This document shows, piece after piece, positions 13,671 through 26,906 of a DNA stretch of 64,000 nucleotides. A program made the translations under genes and the position numbers. Source of the DNA: Enoplolaimus lenunculus (taxonomy: Eukaryota); the NCBI GenBank assembly GCA_030248215.1, contig JASANG010000273.1, forward strand, positions 1 to 64,000. Reading direction: 5' to 3'. The notes below the pieces were generated by a model that ran no database searches, was not told where the DNA came from, and worked only from the letters and a program-made list of their open reading frames with translations. Each line of letters opens with the position of its first letter. Position 1 is the stretch's first letter.

Positions 13671-13933
13671 CCCTTTCTCACATGAATATTTTCTATTTCC
13701 CCTGAGACCTACTTTTATGCTAGGATTCGAACTCCGGTGACTGGAGTGGGAGGCGTATACCATCACCACTCAGCTATAGGAGCTTGACACTCGAGCCCGA
13801 GGGGGCTCTCACGTCTTGTGGTGATTTAGTACTATGTATACGTGTTGCAATTGTTAAACACGGTACGATATATATTATTTACCGTATAAATACTGCGCTG
13901 AGTTGCCTATAGGCAACTCAATGTGAGAAGTGG
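13671..13933. mobile_element. piggyBac-like MITE (family B), second adjacent copy
   Basis: TTAA|CCCTTTCTCACAT...ATGTGAGAAGTGG|TTAA. Confidence 0.85.
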
Positions 13934-16204
13934 TTAATTTATTTTGAAACCTTCGATACGCTTTTAAATTAAAAAGTTATTTAGAACAATTTCCGTGGCC
14001 GCTAGTCCAATTTTAGATTTAAAAAACCCGTTTGCCAATTGTCAATCTTGATATATCCGGTTATCTTGATTTTAGAAGCTCAAAAATAGACTTTTATTAA
14101 CAAAACTCAAGTCTAATGTAATTACTTAGCTAGTGATTTTATCTAAATAATGATTTATTGGGTTTTTAAAAAAATTACAACTTTCTCTATAGAAGCACCA
14201 CGGTGCAACCCGAAGCGAAAACTACCTGAACTGAGGGTCAACAAATATTGTCGGAGTTGTCGTGTGCTCACTTATACAAAAGCAGGTGGAATAAAGTGGA
14301 AATGTTCAATGCCAAAATCCGAAACAATTACAGTGGCAGGAAAACGTACGCTGTAAAAAATAGTGGGTCAAATTGACTCTCTCCGAAATAGGCTCTACGG
14401 GACTACACAACCTGAGTCAAATTTGACTCTGCCAGAATCTAACATGCTACGCAGTGAGTCGAATTTAACTCTGGTGAAGTCACACGACACATTTTGACAA
14501 TTTTAGCAGTACGTGCTGAGACAATTTTAGAAACATAAGGTATATAATAGTATACCAATTTGTGAATTTTCGAATGAGAAAAATTTTCAGTACCGAACGT
14601 ACAAGAAGGTTCCGATGAAAAACTATATATATTATATATGTATATATACATATACATATATAATGAATGTGACCACATAGTTTCATGCACGCCATTACGA
14701 AATGCCGTTTTGCAAATTATACCAGTTTTACCTGCTAACCTTCTAAAAACTCAAATAGTAGCATTGAGATTATCAAAATTTAAGATTACCGAAAAGCAAA
14801 ATAAACAATAGAATTTCAAATTGAACAAAATTTTTGGCCAGAATATTATTTTGGTTATTTAACTGAATGCGTAGCAACCAGAAAGCTTGTAGCGGCCAAA
14901 ACATTGGCGTAAAGGTACGGTCAACTTAATCCTGACTTGTCGAGATTGCCGAAAAAATTGTCGGCTTTATGGCTAATCATTCAATTTTAGGGGTATAAAA
15001 CTGACATGTAGCAATAAACGAATTGGACTATATTAAGGTATAAAACTGCCATGTCGTACTACCTTGGGAAATTTATTTCAAGTTCAAAGACATGTATCCT
15101 ACGAATAAAGGTACTCGCGAGCAGCATGCTTTCAAATCAATGTAACTCTTCCCCCAGGATCGGAACAGCAACTCCCGATACCCCATTTGGGGGCCCTCCC
15201 CACGAAATGGTGTCCACCTTAACCGGATGAAACAGAAACCGCCGAAGCTTTGATGTACGTCTGGCATCTAGCTCGCGAGTTTGACACTATTTTACCATTC
15301 CGCGATTTTTCAAATGGCTTAGACGCTGCACGGGCCTTACAATAACCACCAGCTGCTAAATGCCATCAAATTTTCTCGCTCACTACACTCGCTGGCTTAC
15401 AATTTTACTTATAAAATATAACTCTCATGAAACGAAATAATAAAGAAGGTAAGAGAATTTATTGAGTGAGGTGTGCCGTGTGCTGTCTTCCCTAGTTGAA
15501 GCATATGAAGTTTGTGAAACGCTTTACATAAAATATGAGCTGTTTAGCGGGGCTTGAAAAGAAAATGGCAAAAAAATTTGCGCTGCGCGCGAAGTTTGAT
15601 TCATTTTAAAGATGGCTTCACATGAGATGCATCATTTTGCAACGTTTGTGTGAACCTGTTGTTGGTATGGTGTCCCCACAGCTATCAAACAATAGCGTGA
15701 GCTCGGGTAACCTTAATAGATTAAACATCGATAAATTTGGTATCCACGTCTACGCTGGGGGCTCCACCCTGCAGTTTGGAGGACCTCCACCCTGGAGTTT
15801 GAAGGGACTCATCCCTGTCGGCTCCGGTACGTCCTTCACCTGAAAAAACGTCAGAAATGCTCTTTTCTTTAATGACGGTACTTTACCTTTTGCGTAGAAC
15901 CTTACCGGTAATTGAATGTCAAACAATCAGGCTCGGATATATTTTCGATAAATCGCAACAAATAAAAAAGAACTTTATAGGTGACTGAGAGCTGTCCTCA
16001 CAATTCAAAGACGTGGATGGGAATAGAACGGTTTAATTTGTCACGAAGCATATGAAACCAACTAAAAAGGCACTTTCACAGGCTGTAAAACAACTTGTAA
16101 ACGTCAAAATTGTTTTCAAAAAGTTGTTATCGCTTTGCAAAATAACATTCTGGCTGCGCTCCTGCCTCAAATCATCCGAACTCTCTCGCTATAGGTCGAC
16201 ACTC

Positions 16205-16787
16205 CTACTGACACTGAAACAACAAGTAATCCGGCTCGCGTTTGCGGTAATATTCTTCTACTCGCCATGGTGCTTCTAAAGCTTCCGTTTTGCTCGATTT
16301 ATAGACAATTGGATCAGAATAATATGTATTAGTTGATAATCGGATCCTTCCAGTGCATTCTTCATAATTCTTGGTTAGTCGCTGATAGCATTTGGGTTGG
16401 CATGGTCTTCCCTGAAGGTCCTTGACTTTAACATCTGCTTCAACTATCGGCCAACGTCCTGCCGATGCCGGATCCCGAACCTGGACATAGGCAGACCCGG
16501 TATATTTAGGGTAACTCGAGCCAGGGTCTCCTAGGACTCCTGGGAGTGTTTGGGTATACCCTGAAGGATTGTTTTTCCCACACGAAGTTATTGTTGCCCC
16601 TGCTACAGGCTGCTTGTAGTATGCAGACCCGCGAACAATTGTAATTGTGAACCAAACCACGGGGAAATCAGGGGTATAACTGTCCGGAAATGGACTCACC
16701 CCAGGGGGGCCTGCAGTTATACGAGCCTTACTCACTTGAGTCCATTCCGTCGCTTGTGTTGTTGTTGGTGTTGTTGTTGTTGTTGTA

Positions 16788-16861
<74 letters not shown>

Positions 16862-19800
16862 GGTAGTTGTAGTTGTTGGTGTAGTGGAAGCAGTCGTGAT
16901 TGTAGTAGTAGATGTTGTTGTAGTAGTCGTCGCTTCCGTAGAAGTTGTGATAAATATCGGTGTAGGCAGATCGGTAGCTCTATCCCCAGACTCATCGGTT
17001 GGGCATACACCATGAGACGAACAGGGCAACCCTCCGGCACAAATTTGAGTCCCTTCAAATCCGGTACAATTTCCCCCAGGTACAATTTTCGATAGGCATC
17101 TGTAAGTACGGGTATCACAAAACAGATGAGGACTTGCGCAATCGGCCACCAGCTCCGAACAAGTAGGCCGAGGCTCGTAAAAATAGAAAAAGTCCGTGTA
17201 ATTGTTTGCGAGTCCGTCGATATTAGTAAGAGCAAACGGGGTCATTTGAGAGCTTCCAAAATGAAAATTGTTACACGATTCTTCGTCCGAGGGATACTCG
17301 CTTTCACGGGTGGTGCGATCTTGTTTCGACTGACGAAATTCTTCCCACGCGTAGTCCAAGAAGCAATGGTGCATGTAGAATGCAGGGTCGTTAGGGGAGA
17401 TCCCGATATCTGCCATGTAACCGCCGACAAACATATGGACCACGCCGTGGACCAGTTCGAAGGTGGGGTCTACGCATGCTGTCAGATCTTTGTACCTTTA
17501 AATGAGTAAATTTGCATAAATTTGTATGAACATAGAGCGAATGTGCTGAATTTTGATCATCCTAAGAATAAAAATGAAAAATGGCTCATGCTGGTTTGAG
17601 AACCGCAGCGTGACATGATTTCAGTTTGGGAGAGTGCATATAACGATATGTAAATACACTTTTGTCTGTGAGCGTAATCAAAATTCATAATCTTAACCAT
17701 CATAAGCTTAAAATATGAGCTGTCAAAACGCCTCAAACCCAAAAATTGGTTTGTTCGAACTCTAGCTTGAAACTAGCTTTCTGCTGAAATAAAAATAGTT
17801 ACGTAAGAAAGGGGGGTTAAAGATGGCGCTATGCATTTGATGACTTCTGGCGCTGTCCGTCACCGTAAGTTACCGTGCGGTATTTGTACGACACGGCGCT
17901 AGACGGCGCCACACGACAAGTACAGCGCTACCCTTAAAAGTACAAATTGAAACTAACCGATCTCTTGAAATCGTATACTCAACGTCTTCTTCTTTATACA
18001 GTCCTCCGAACGAAGATTCACCAACATCTCTGAACAACTGTCGCATGCCAGGCACAAATGATAGTTCGTGGGTAGCCATCCATCCTGCAAACGGACCCTC
18101 GCTAACTGGGCCGTGGCCGGTGCCGAAAAATTCTTTCGTCCACAAAATTGAATCTTTTGGGTTAGGAAGACCTTCGTCGAGCGTTGAGTCCCAGTAAGGC
18201 AGTGCTACCGATGGATCCACTGTACGTAAAGCGAGTTCGAGCCTGAAACGGTGAACGGAAACAAGTAACACTGCAAATTTACACTAGGGTAGGTGGGTGT
18301 AACTAGTCTCGTTTTTATCGAAATTAATTGCCCAGAAAGCACACACTTTCCGTCAACCGCCATTGAACCCCCAAAACCGAGTACATGGGCCCATATTCTC
18401 AAGTGCGTTTAAGCGCCTACATTTTGCATATATGATTTGTCATGCTTCTGTGCCAATTTTGAGATCCGCACTTGAGGAGGTTCGTCAGTTTGAAAACCTA
18501 TCGGTAACCGATGATAGATGCTATTCGCATTTGAAAATACGGATCCTGATCCTTGTTTAACAAAGTAGGGGTTTAGATTTTGGTCTGAAGTTGAAGTTAT
18601 ATATGAAACGCCTTTGAAACTTGAAAGTTAAACGACAGAAAGCGTAAATATTAACGTTTCAGCTGGCGCTATACTTGTCGTGCAACGGCATACGGCACCG
18701 CACGGCTACGCAAGTTAACCAAATATTTGTTTTCAAATTGTTATCCGGTACCCTGTGGTGGTGGTAATTTACGATAATTGAAATAGGTTGCCGGACGGCA
18801 TAGTCAAAAAGATTAGAGACCCTCTACGTTTGGCGCTCTACTTTGTGAATTTTTCAGTGTTTTCTGGCAACTACGTCAACGTCCGGTATCGTACGCGAGT
18901 CCGTACATCACCGTGCAGTATCGCACGCAACGGCGATGTACGGCGGCGACGGACGGCTCTGCTTGACAACTATAGCGCAACACAGCGCCGTACGGTGACT
19001 GTCGGCATTAAAATAAATAAAAAATATAACGCCACCGTTACTCATCGACCAGAATGATCAGTTTAAATAGCGTGCGACTAGACAGTTTCTTTAAGGAAAA
19101 TATAACTCAGAGAAAAGCAACGTGCGCTACATTGTTTTCTACACAGAATGTACCCAGTTGCATACTCTTGTTAAGACAAATCACCTGCTTTTGCTATGCC
19201 TGACTGATGTTGTCTATTAACAACAGCACCTTTTGGAAAAAATTATTTGTTAATACATCCGAAAAATAATGCGATTGTCTATCAAAAATCCAAAGAGTGA
19301 GAGAATTTTTCGGCTTGACACATACTTGTGAAATATAAACAAAAATAATTTCAAACTGTACCACTTCTAGGTGGTGGGCATATGCTGTTCAACTATCGAG
19401 TGATCATCAACTCATAATGGTACACACTGTTGTACACATTGCTTCGCTTCAAACCAACATAGAGTTTTTAGGAAACAGAATAAAATCTTTCGTCTGAGTT
19501 CAACTTACTGTTTCATCAATTCTCGATGGAACGGCAAAAACGCTGGACCCCAATGTGCTCCGGGCGACTCTTGTGGCGTATGATAAATCGTTAGCAAATC
19601 GTATTTACTCCTTGTATCGATCATTTCCGTTTTCAACGTTTGCATCGCGTGTTGGAAACGGTGCCGTTCATCATCGGTCAACATTCGATACTCTTTTCGA
19701 ATACTTCTAAAATCATCGTCTTCGTCAGTTTGTCGTTTCCATCTTTGTTGAACCGCCATTTTGTTTTCGCGAGTAAATTCTTGCGTTTTGGCGCCAGATT

Positions 19801-21049
19801 TACTAGCTATGTCATCTTTGTCGTGCTGTTCTTCGTCGGTGAATGCAGCGTGGCGTTCTGCACCACTATTGCTACTAGCGGATGAGGTGTCGTCAGAAAA
19901 ACTTTTCAAATTTTGAAATTGGTGCCTTGTCCATCTTCTATGCCGGTTAGGTGGCACTGAATCGAACGAGTATAGGGATTGGCCTCGAAATTCAAGCCGC
20001 TTGGCAAGAGCGCGACATTTTTGAGACCATCGGCCATGCTTATTGGCGAGCTGTTCTTGTGATTGCCCGTGATGCAGGGGTGAATAGACTGGAAACGCTT
20101 GGTCTGAGCTGTGAACTTGTAACATACGTTTACACAGTTGTGCCACCCGCCTCTGATTTCGACGATGTGCTTGAGAACCTTGCTGATTTTGAGCATTTTC
20201 AAGAAATCGACTAATATCATAAGTGTCAAAATTAATGTCTGGTTCAATAAAATCTTCAAATTCTCTGCGTTCTGCTCGTAATCCCTGGAGCCATACCGAA
20301 CATTTCGCTTGCCAGCTGTTCCATTGAGATGTGAGCTCTTTAGGACGGCCTGAAAAATTAGGAAACGCCGTTTGGGCTACGCTAATGTCACTGGCAGAGA
20401 TTTTCAAACAAACAGCCGCTGCTTCGGCTTTTTTGGCTGCGTTCTGTTTTTCTCGTTCACCGTGTGAGGTTGTCAGAGGATTAGTTTGAAGCAAAAAACC
20501 GTCCGTCAACGAATTAATCTCATTTGACGCAAATAGTGACGTAGCCTGACTCTCTGAGACGTCCAAATGAGCAAAGAGTTTAGGCCGCCGTTTTGAAGAA
20601 CGGATTGCGCCGCCAACCCCATCATCAACCAGTCTATTCCGAGCGCCCGAAGCATGGCCGGCGGTGCCTCGAAATCCAATTTGAGATCCACCTGAACTGG
20701 TTTCAGTCTTACACTGACCTCCTTTGCATTTCAAATCACGGATACATGCCAAACTGGAGCACCCACGTAAGGTATGAATCCAATCGAGTTGTTTTGGGGT
20801 CAAAATATCATCGTTGCTAACTTCTCTAGGCTGGACAGCTTCGTTAAGCCACGCTTTTGTTTTTGAGCATAGCCACGCAATTTGTCCCGAATGAAATCTG
20901 GTACGTAAACTTGGTTGTTTTCGTAGCCATTGTTCAACACAACTACGTTCTTCAGACGTTAACGCATCCATATCATCTCCGTGTTCGATCACTGCGGCGC
21001 ACAGCGTTGCCGTCAAGACAGCTAGCGCGATTTGGCGGACTGTGGACAT
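16205..21049 (-). CDS. Secreted tyrosinase (type-3 copper protein). Exons 19509-21049, 17958-18242, 16205-17495; alternative ATG at 21094
   Basis: Signal peptide MSTVRQIALAVLTATLCAA. CuA region RKEYRML...IYH...AHWGPAFLPFHRE and ALPYWDSTLD; CuB region ELVHGVVHMFVGG.M...SPNDPAFYMHHCFLD. Both introns are GT-AG, phase 2-2. Confidence 0.95.
16756..16862. repeat. (GTT/ACA)n microsatellite encoding the poly-Thr linker of the tyrosinase
   Basis: GTTGTTGTT run inside tyrosinase exon 3. Confidence 0.95.
18663..18981. mobile_element. GC-rich MITE-like element with GCGCTATA(C/G)TTGTC termini; related pieces at about 34080-34160 and 36140-36310
   Basis: CTGGCGCTATACTTGTC ... GACAACTATAGCGCAAC imperfect terminal inverted repeats, with internal ACGGC repeats. 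Confidence 0.6.
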
Positions 21050-21494
21050 AGCTATTGCGTTGGTTTCGTTCGTACGAAAATATTTATTTAGCATCAAATC
21101 ACAAATTAATTTTAGCTAAGTTGTAGATTGGTCGGTCGGCTTGTGAGCAAGTTTGATACTTGAGTAAAGCACGTCGTTGATATCGAAATTTAAACAGCAA
21201 ACTACCTAATTCTAACTAATCTGTCGAAAAACCATCCAATGTTCGTGCTAATTTAAAAGAAATACAGCATCTTAATTGCTAAAAAATTTACGTTGTCAAT
21301 GATATAAAATAAGGCAAAAAACACAGTGCGAATACAGCGTTTTCGTTGCTTTAACAACTAATTGTTTGTCTAAAGCGATCGATGATGTCGTTTTATCGTA
21401 AAAGTAAAACTAAAAATATTGCGCTCTTTTACAAACATTAACGGCAATACAAAACTTAAAAATCTCCCCCCAATAAATATTTATCATACGTATG

Positions 21495-21661
21495 AACCGC
21501 ACAGCCAAGGGGGCAGAGACGCTCAAGCCCCCGGAAAAATTTTTTGGCCCCTTTTATATAATTTTCAACCTTGCTTGTAAAGTTAACGAAAACCCTTCAT
21601 TATATGTTCCTCCTGAACAATTTTTAGCTCCCACTAGCAAGGTGAGCTGGCTACGGGCCTG
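21495..21661. mobile_element. Short dispersed repeat with GGCTACGGGCCTG end (hAT-like MITE); relatives at about 39550-39680, 42930-43067, 51733-51870, 62840-63010
   Basis: Shared core TTTTCAACCTTG(C/T)TTG...GAAAACCCTT...TTTTTAGCTCCC..AGCAAG.TGAGCTG.CTACGGG.CTG. Confidence 0.6.
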
Positions 21662-21996
21662 TCTACGTAGTCTGTGTGAACAAATTTAAACAAAATACCG
21701 TAAGTTATTTCGGAATAGGGTGGAGCTGCAGCGGGCTAGAGTCCGCAACAAATTTATTCAACTACTTTTGAAATTTTCCTCGTACGGTGAACGAGATAAA
21801 AGTACTCAGTTGGAAATTGGTTTATAAGTTATGTTACTATGAAATGAGATTGAATAAGTTCTGCTTGTGTCAAACTGTCGAAAAGCAATTGATATTGAGA
21901 TTTAAAAGTATAATCGGTATTTGTATGATTTAGGCTTGGTTTCTGGTTAAAATCATTTGGAATTAAAATATATACGCCACGGGTTTTATGGAAAAT

Positions 21997-22187
21997 GGCC
22001 CTTGTAAAGATCAGGGGCAGAACGTTGTTCTGTGGGTCTGAAATAGAATAAGCTTACGCTTTAGACGAGTTATTTGCTTATGCTTAGGCTTAGCCTTAGG
22101 TATAAGCTCATTTTTGCGCTTACGCTTAGGCTTAGGCTTTGGAATACGCTGATACTGCTGTTCCGCCCCCGTTGTTATCCATGGGCT
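21997..22187 (-). mobile_element. Family A TTAGGC-MITE
   Basis: GGCCCTTGTAAAGATC...CCATGGGCT with a degenerate TSD TGGAAAAT / CGGAAAAG. Confidence 0.75.
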
Positions 22188-25100
22188 CGGAAAAGTAATG
22201 TTAAGTTCACATTCAAAAACTTATTCTATCTTACCGCAGCCTTTAATCTGTGACGTTCGCAACTAATCACGGAAATTTATGACTAAATTAATTTTAGTTA
22301 AAATTTCACTAAAAATTTTAATTCAGTTTTTCTAAATTCAAGAACTACTAGTGTCTTACTCACTTAACGGATGATGACAAATAATAGGAAGTTCCTCAAA
22401 AATGAAACAATTATACAAACGTGTATGCGTGTTTTAGTAAAGCGTAGACGCAATGTTAGTCAAACTGTTTTTTTGCTATGAGAGATTAAGATGTCGTCAT
22501 CGTGTTTATTAAGTGATACATCGAGATGATGAGTAAATTTTTTCATTAAAACCCTACCATCCCAGGGCGTCCCCACGGGTGGGGGCATTGGGAAACCGTG
22601 CCTCACCAAATGCGGCAGGTGCCCCCGAAATTGATTCAGTCTAGAAGTAAACAATCTTGAATTGAAATTGTACGGGCCACCAGAAATTATTCGGTACCTT
22701 CCACGCCCCCCCCCCAAATATAATTTTCTGCGGACGCCTCGGCTAGCACCTACGCTTTTATAACTTAAATTCTTCATTTTGGCTGAGGATTTGGTTGGCA
22801 CTTGTGACAAGGGTGCATTCAGTGGGATAAAAACTCTTGTACAATTTATTTCAAGTTACGGCTATGGCTGAAGCCGAGGCTTGGAAAAATGCTGTTAGCC
22901 GTTACTTGAACGTAAGCCTATGCCAACGTGTGAAAGTTGAGGTTATTATGGGGTAGCCGGAACTGGAACAAAAGGTGAAGCAAACCATAAAGAAATTAAA
23001 ATGTGTGATGTTGAACTCGCGGTTTTTAAAAATCATCTTCAGTGTTGAAATTTAATACAAAACTTTGAGTTTGTTCCCGGTTGTGGTGGGACAGGCCGGA
23101 GGGCGTTCGTTAATCCACGTGCACTTGATCTACAATTACAATACAGAACACACCAGTTGCTAACTGGACATAAAATGTTCAGGAAACATTGTATACACCG
23201 TAAAACTTGTATACAGAAGTAAGTTTATATCATCTTCCCGTTGACTAAACAGCCAAACGGTTATCAAACGCAAATTTGGGACTTATTATTTGTATCAAAT
23301 TTCTAAACACAAAACGATCCAGGAATCATTAGGCAGCAAAACATGTGTAGTTACGTCAAAAACATAAAGAAACACTGCGCAATTTCTGGTTGCAAAATTT
23401 AAAAATTTCAAATTTAAACACAAGATTTGTTATCCTGTTTAAAAACCTAACGAACAGGGCTCCTATATGAGCTGCTCAATAATAAACCGGCAGGGCCGCA
23501 ACAGTAGTATAAGCATATTCCTAACCCTAAACCTAAGCCTAAGTGTAAGAACAAACTGAAGCCTAAGCCTAAGCCTAAGCCTTAGGAAAATAGTCTAAAG
23601 GTTTACCTTACTCTATATTTCACGACACAGAGAAATGTTCGATCACAGAGCTTGACATAGGCCGATGTTTAACTTTAGCACATTGACCGCCAATGACGAC
23701 ATATATCGTCATAGGCGTTTCTAACGGTACGCCAAGACGTCATATGTCGTCAAACATCCATTGTGTACTTAGAAAATATAGTGGAAACGGCGTAGGAGAA
23801 AAGTGATTTTCAAGCATACAGGGAATGATTATTATGTTATCAAGGATAGATTTTCGTATGAAAAATGACCCAAAAGTTAGGCGCCAGGCGACCATTCATG
23901 GCTATAGACTTTGATACGCATGTGGTTGCATTTTGCGTCTATTGCTATCACTTTTTTGTTTTCTGTTCCAAATACTGTAAATATTTGCTATTCCATTGGC
24001 ATTGGTTATATTTTTTCTATTTTGTGCCTTTATGAATATATACACCCTGCTTTACCATGGTTACTTGACGTTATTTCATTGCATTTTGTGCGTTCAATTT
24101 TTCCGCATGTTTTGGTTCTTTTAAGTTTTGATGGGCATTACGTGAAATCATTTTATTATGTGGTTTTTAAAGTTTTTGATTATTTTGCTATTTATTATTT
24201 GGCTTTCTGCTGTAGCATGCGGTTGGGAAAAGGGAAAATTTTGTGGGACCCCTGACGTTTAGTTACCTTTGCTTAGAATACTTGGATAAGACCGAGATTT
24301 TGAATATTAGAGGGTAGGGGAGCTAGAGTAAAGGTTATGCGTGCGTACCACAAACTGATAAAAGTGGTGATGCAACCTAATTTGTGCCTAGCATCACTGA
24401 TTCGTGTTGTGCTCCCTGCTTAGACTACGCAGACCCCATAAATTTATAAACGACCCCCTCTTGTAAAAATGACTAAGTTCCTCGCGAAATTAATTATCCA
24501 ATCATCGCGCACAACCTCGAGTTGTTGAAGTTTCTTATTGGTACGCTAAAGGCTCTACACCGCGTCTATTTCTAGTCGTTCTTTTGGTTGGATACAAAAG
24601 CCTGTCGCGTGAGGGTTTGCGAAAGTATATAAGAGCAACGCACGGGCTGCATTTGACAGCAAATCGGGTTTTCGGAGCACTGTATGGCTGGTGGCACAGC
24701 GCATTCGGAACGAAGCGCTGAATCTTAGGACATGTCGATTTTTACGCGCATTGTACGCTTTGAGATATAGGCTCAGAACTAAAGCTAGGGGCCCTGTTGG
24801 GATTGCTCAGCTTCAAAAAGAGGGTGTGGGATAAATTTTAGATTGAATTTTCCGAAGTTGGTTGACAACACAGGTTTTAAAACCAGTTCGTTTAACGCAA
24901 TCTTGGTTCGAACAAGTGGGTGAAATCATTGAAGTCCTAACGGCTTGGATCGAACCGCCTTTCTGTTAAAAAGGTTTGCTTATTTGATTAAATTTTTTTA
25001 GGGTTGTCCGTGAACACCCGCGATACCATGCATTCTTAGAACACCGACCTACGATCAAAGCACTCCTGGGGCTCTCTATCCTGAGTTCACAAGGAGGAAT

Positions 25101-25610
25101 AGCATCAGGCAACCAGTTGTCTTAAAATCCCGGATTTCTATTGTCACGAGTGCAAATCAACTCATAGCTGAACGCGCGTTGTTAGGAGCCTTTGGCGTTA
25201 GACAATATCCAAATTTCGTGACTCTTAAAACTCGATACCACGACAGGGCAACCATATTCCTCTGGACAAGTAGTTTATAAAGTAGATCCACGGCCTCCAG
25301 CATCCGTGAGAGTATCATCTCGGAGACGACCGCCGGAACATTCGTTGATCTCAACCGTAACAATATTAGTAAAACCTACGAATCCTTAATAAAAAACAAA
25401 CTTGGAATACAAAATATTTACAGAATTGAACCCGTAATATCCGTATCAGCTCTGGGTAATGATCACATAACTGCTATTAATGACTTGGCTATTATTCCAG
25501 TTCAATTTTGATCGTGGTGTATGTCAATAGACGTTTTATTTGTGGATGTTTTTGTATATATATTATCATTTTTAAAGACTGTCAGATATAACACAAGTAA
25601 AACTGATATT

Positions 25611-26056
25611 GGCGGAGTTTCTGAAATCTTACTTCAGTATTTACTACAGTATTTACTTAATTTAAGTAAATACTTAAGTTGCCGACTTATATAAGTACTT
25701 GAATTTTTGAGCAACAAGAATTACTTCGAAATATGAGTCAACTTATAAGTAAATACTTAAGTCGCCGACTTACGCAAATACTTACCTTTTTGAGCAGAAA
25801 CAAATTATTTCTAAAACGGAGTCATTATCATAACAAGAAAAGTATAGTTTTGCAACAAGGCATCATCAGTCACCAACTCTAATTAGGCCAAAGTTAATAT
25901 GACTTTTCTGTTAATCTGCAATATATCAAATTTGGACAGTGGCTTAAGTAATTAGCCGCCTTAAATACGTTTTAAAAAAGACAAAATGGTTAAGTAATTA
26001 CTTAGCACATACTTTAGTACCAGGTCAAAATTAAGTAAGGTTTCAGAAACCCAGCC
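25611..26056. mobile_element. MITE with 24-bp terminal inverted repeats starting GGC (possibly PIF/Harbinger-like)
   Basis: GGCGGAGTTTCTGAAATCTTACTT versus AAGTAAGGTTTCAGAAACCCAGCC; interior rich in AAGTA/TACTT. Confidence 0.7.
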
Positions 26057-26906
26057 AATAACAATTATTACAAACACAAATTTCTTATTATTTGAGTACA
26101 TATATTGTATACGGTTAACCGTTTCTATATACCCCAATAGAAGCGGCTCAAACGAAATGGACCGTTTTATAAAATATCAAAATACGGAATTTTTTAAATT
26201 AAAAAAATTTAACATCAGGTACCACTTGTTTGATTTTTTTCATTATATTTCACGGTTGTATAGAACTAAGCACTAATTTTCGTAACACGAAAAACGCTGA
26301 CATCCAAAAAGTTTCTCGGAAAAGGTAAAAAAACAAAAATTTGTGTTCTAAGGGCCCGACCATTGTTTTTGAAGGCCTCGCGTGCGATAATCACAATGTT
26401 GTATACCAAGATAATATAGTCAAGCTCCACAAGATTGTCGCTTTTTATCCAAATTTCACGTGGTGTAAAGAATCACAAATTTTTACCTAGGCTTTGAAAT
26501 TCTTTACCCGCGAGTACACATACCCACGTCAAAAGATTCTTACCCGGCCCGCGTTTACCTATGGTAAAACGCTGGTCAGCTGCAACAATGATGGTTATCT
26601 TCGTTTGCTATTTGCAGCCTGTGAGTCTATAAGTAGACCCAGTGTGGAATTTAGAAAGCTAATGCACTGGGGCCACTGTAGCCATCTAAATAGGACAACT
26701 TAAACTCAGCCGGGTCTTATGTTTGAACTTTTTTCACAAATGAAACCTTTATCGTTTAAATTCCGCAAATTAAGGACGTTACCCAGTATTCAAATATTTC
26801 CAATTGTTCGAAAACAGGTAATTGTAAGAGTTTACAAATTACAAGACTTTCCACAAAACTAGACAACCATAAAAAGTATCATTTCAACATTCATTTCTTA
26901 TAATCA

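Noticed and set aside
16732..17235. Poly-Gln and poly-Cys ORFs
   Set aside because: Alternative-frame and antisense readings of the ACA microsatellite inside the tyrosinase exon.
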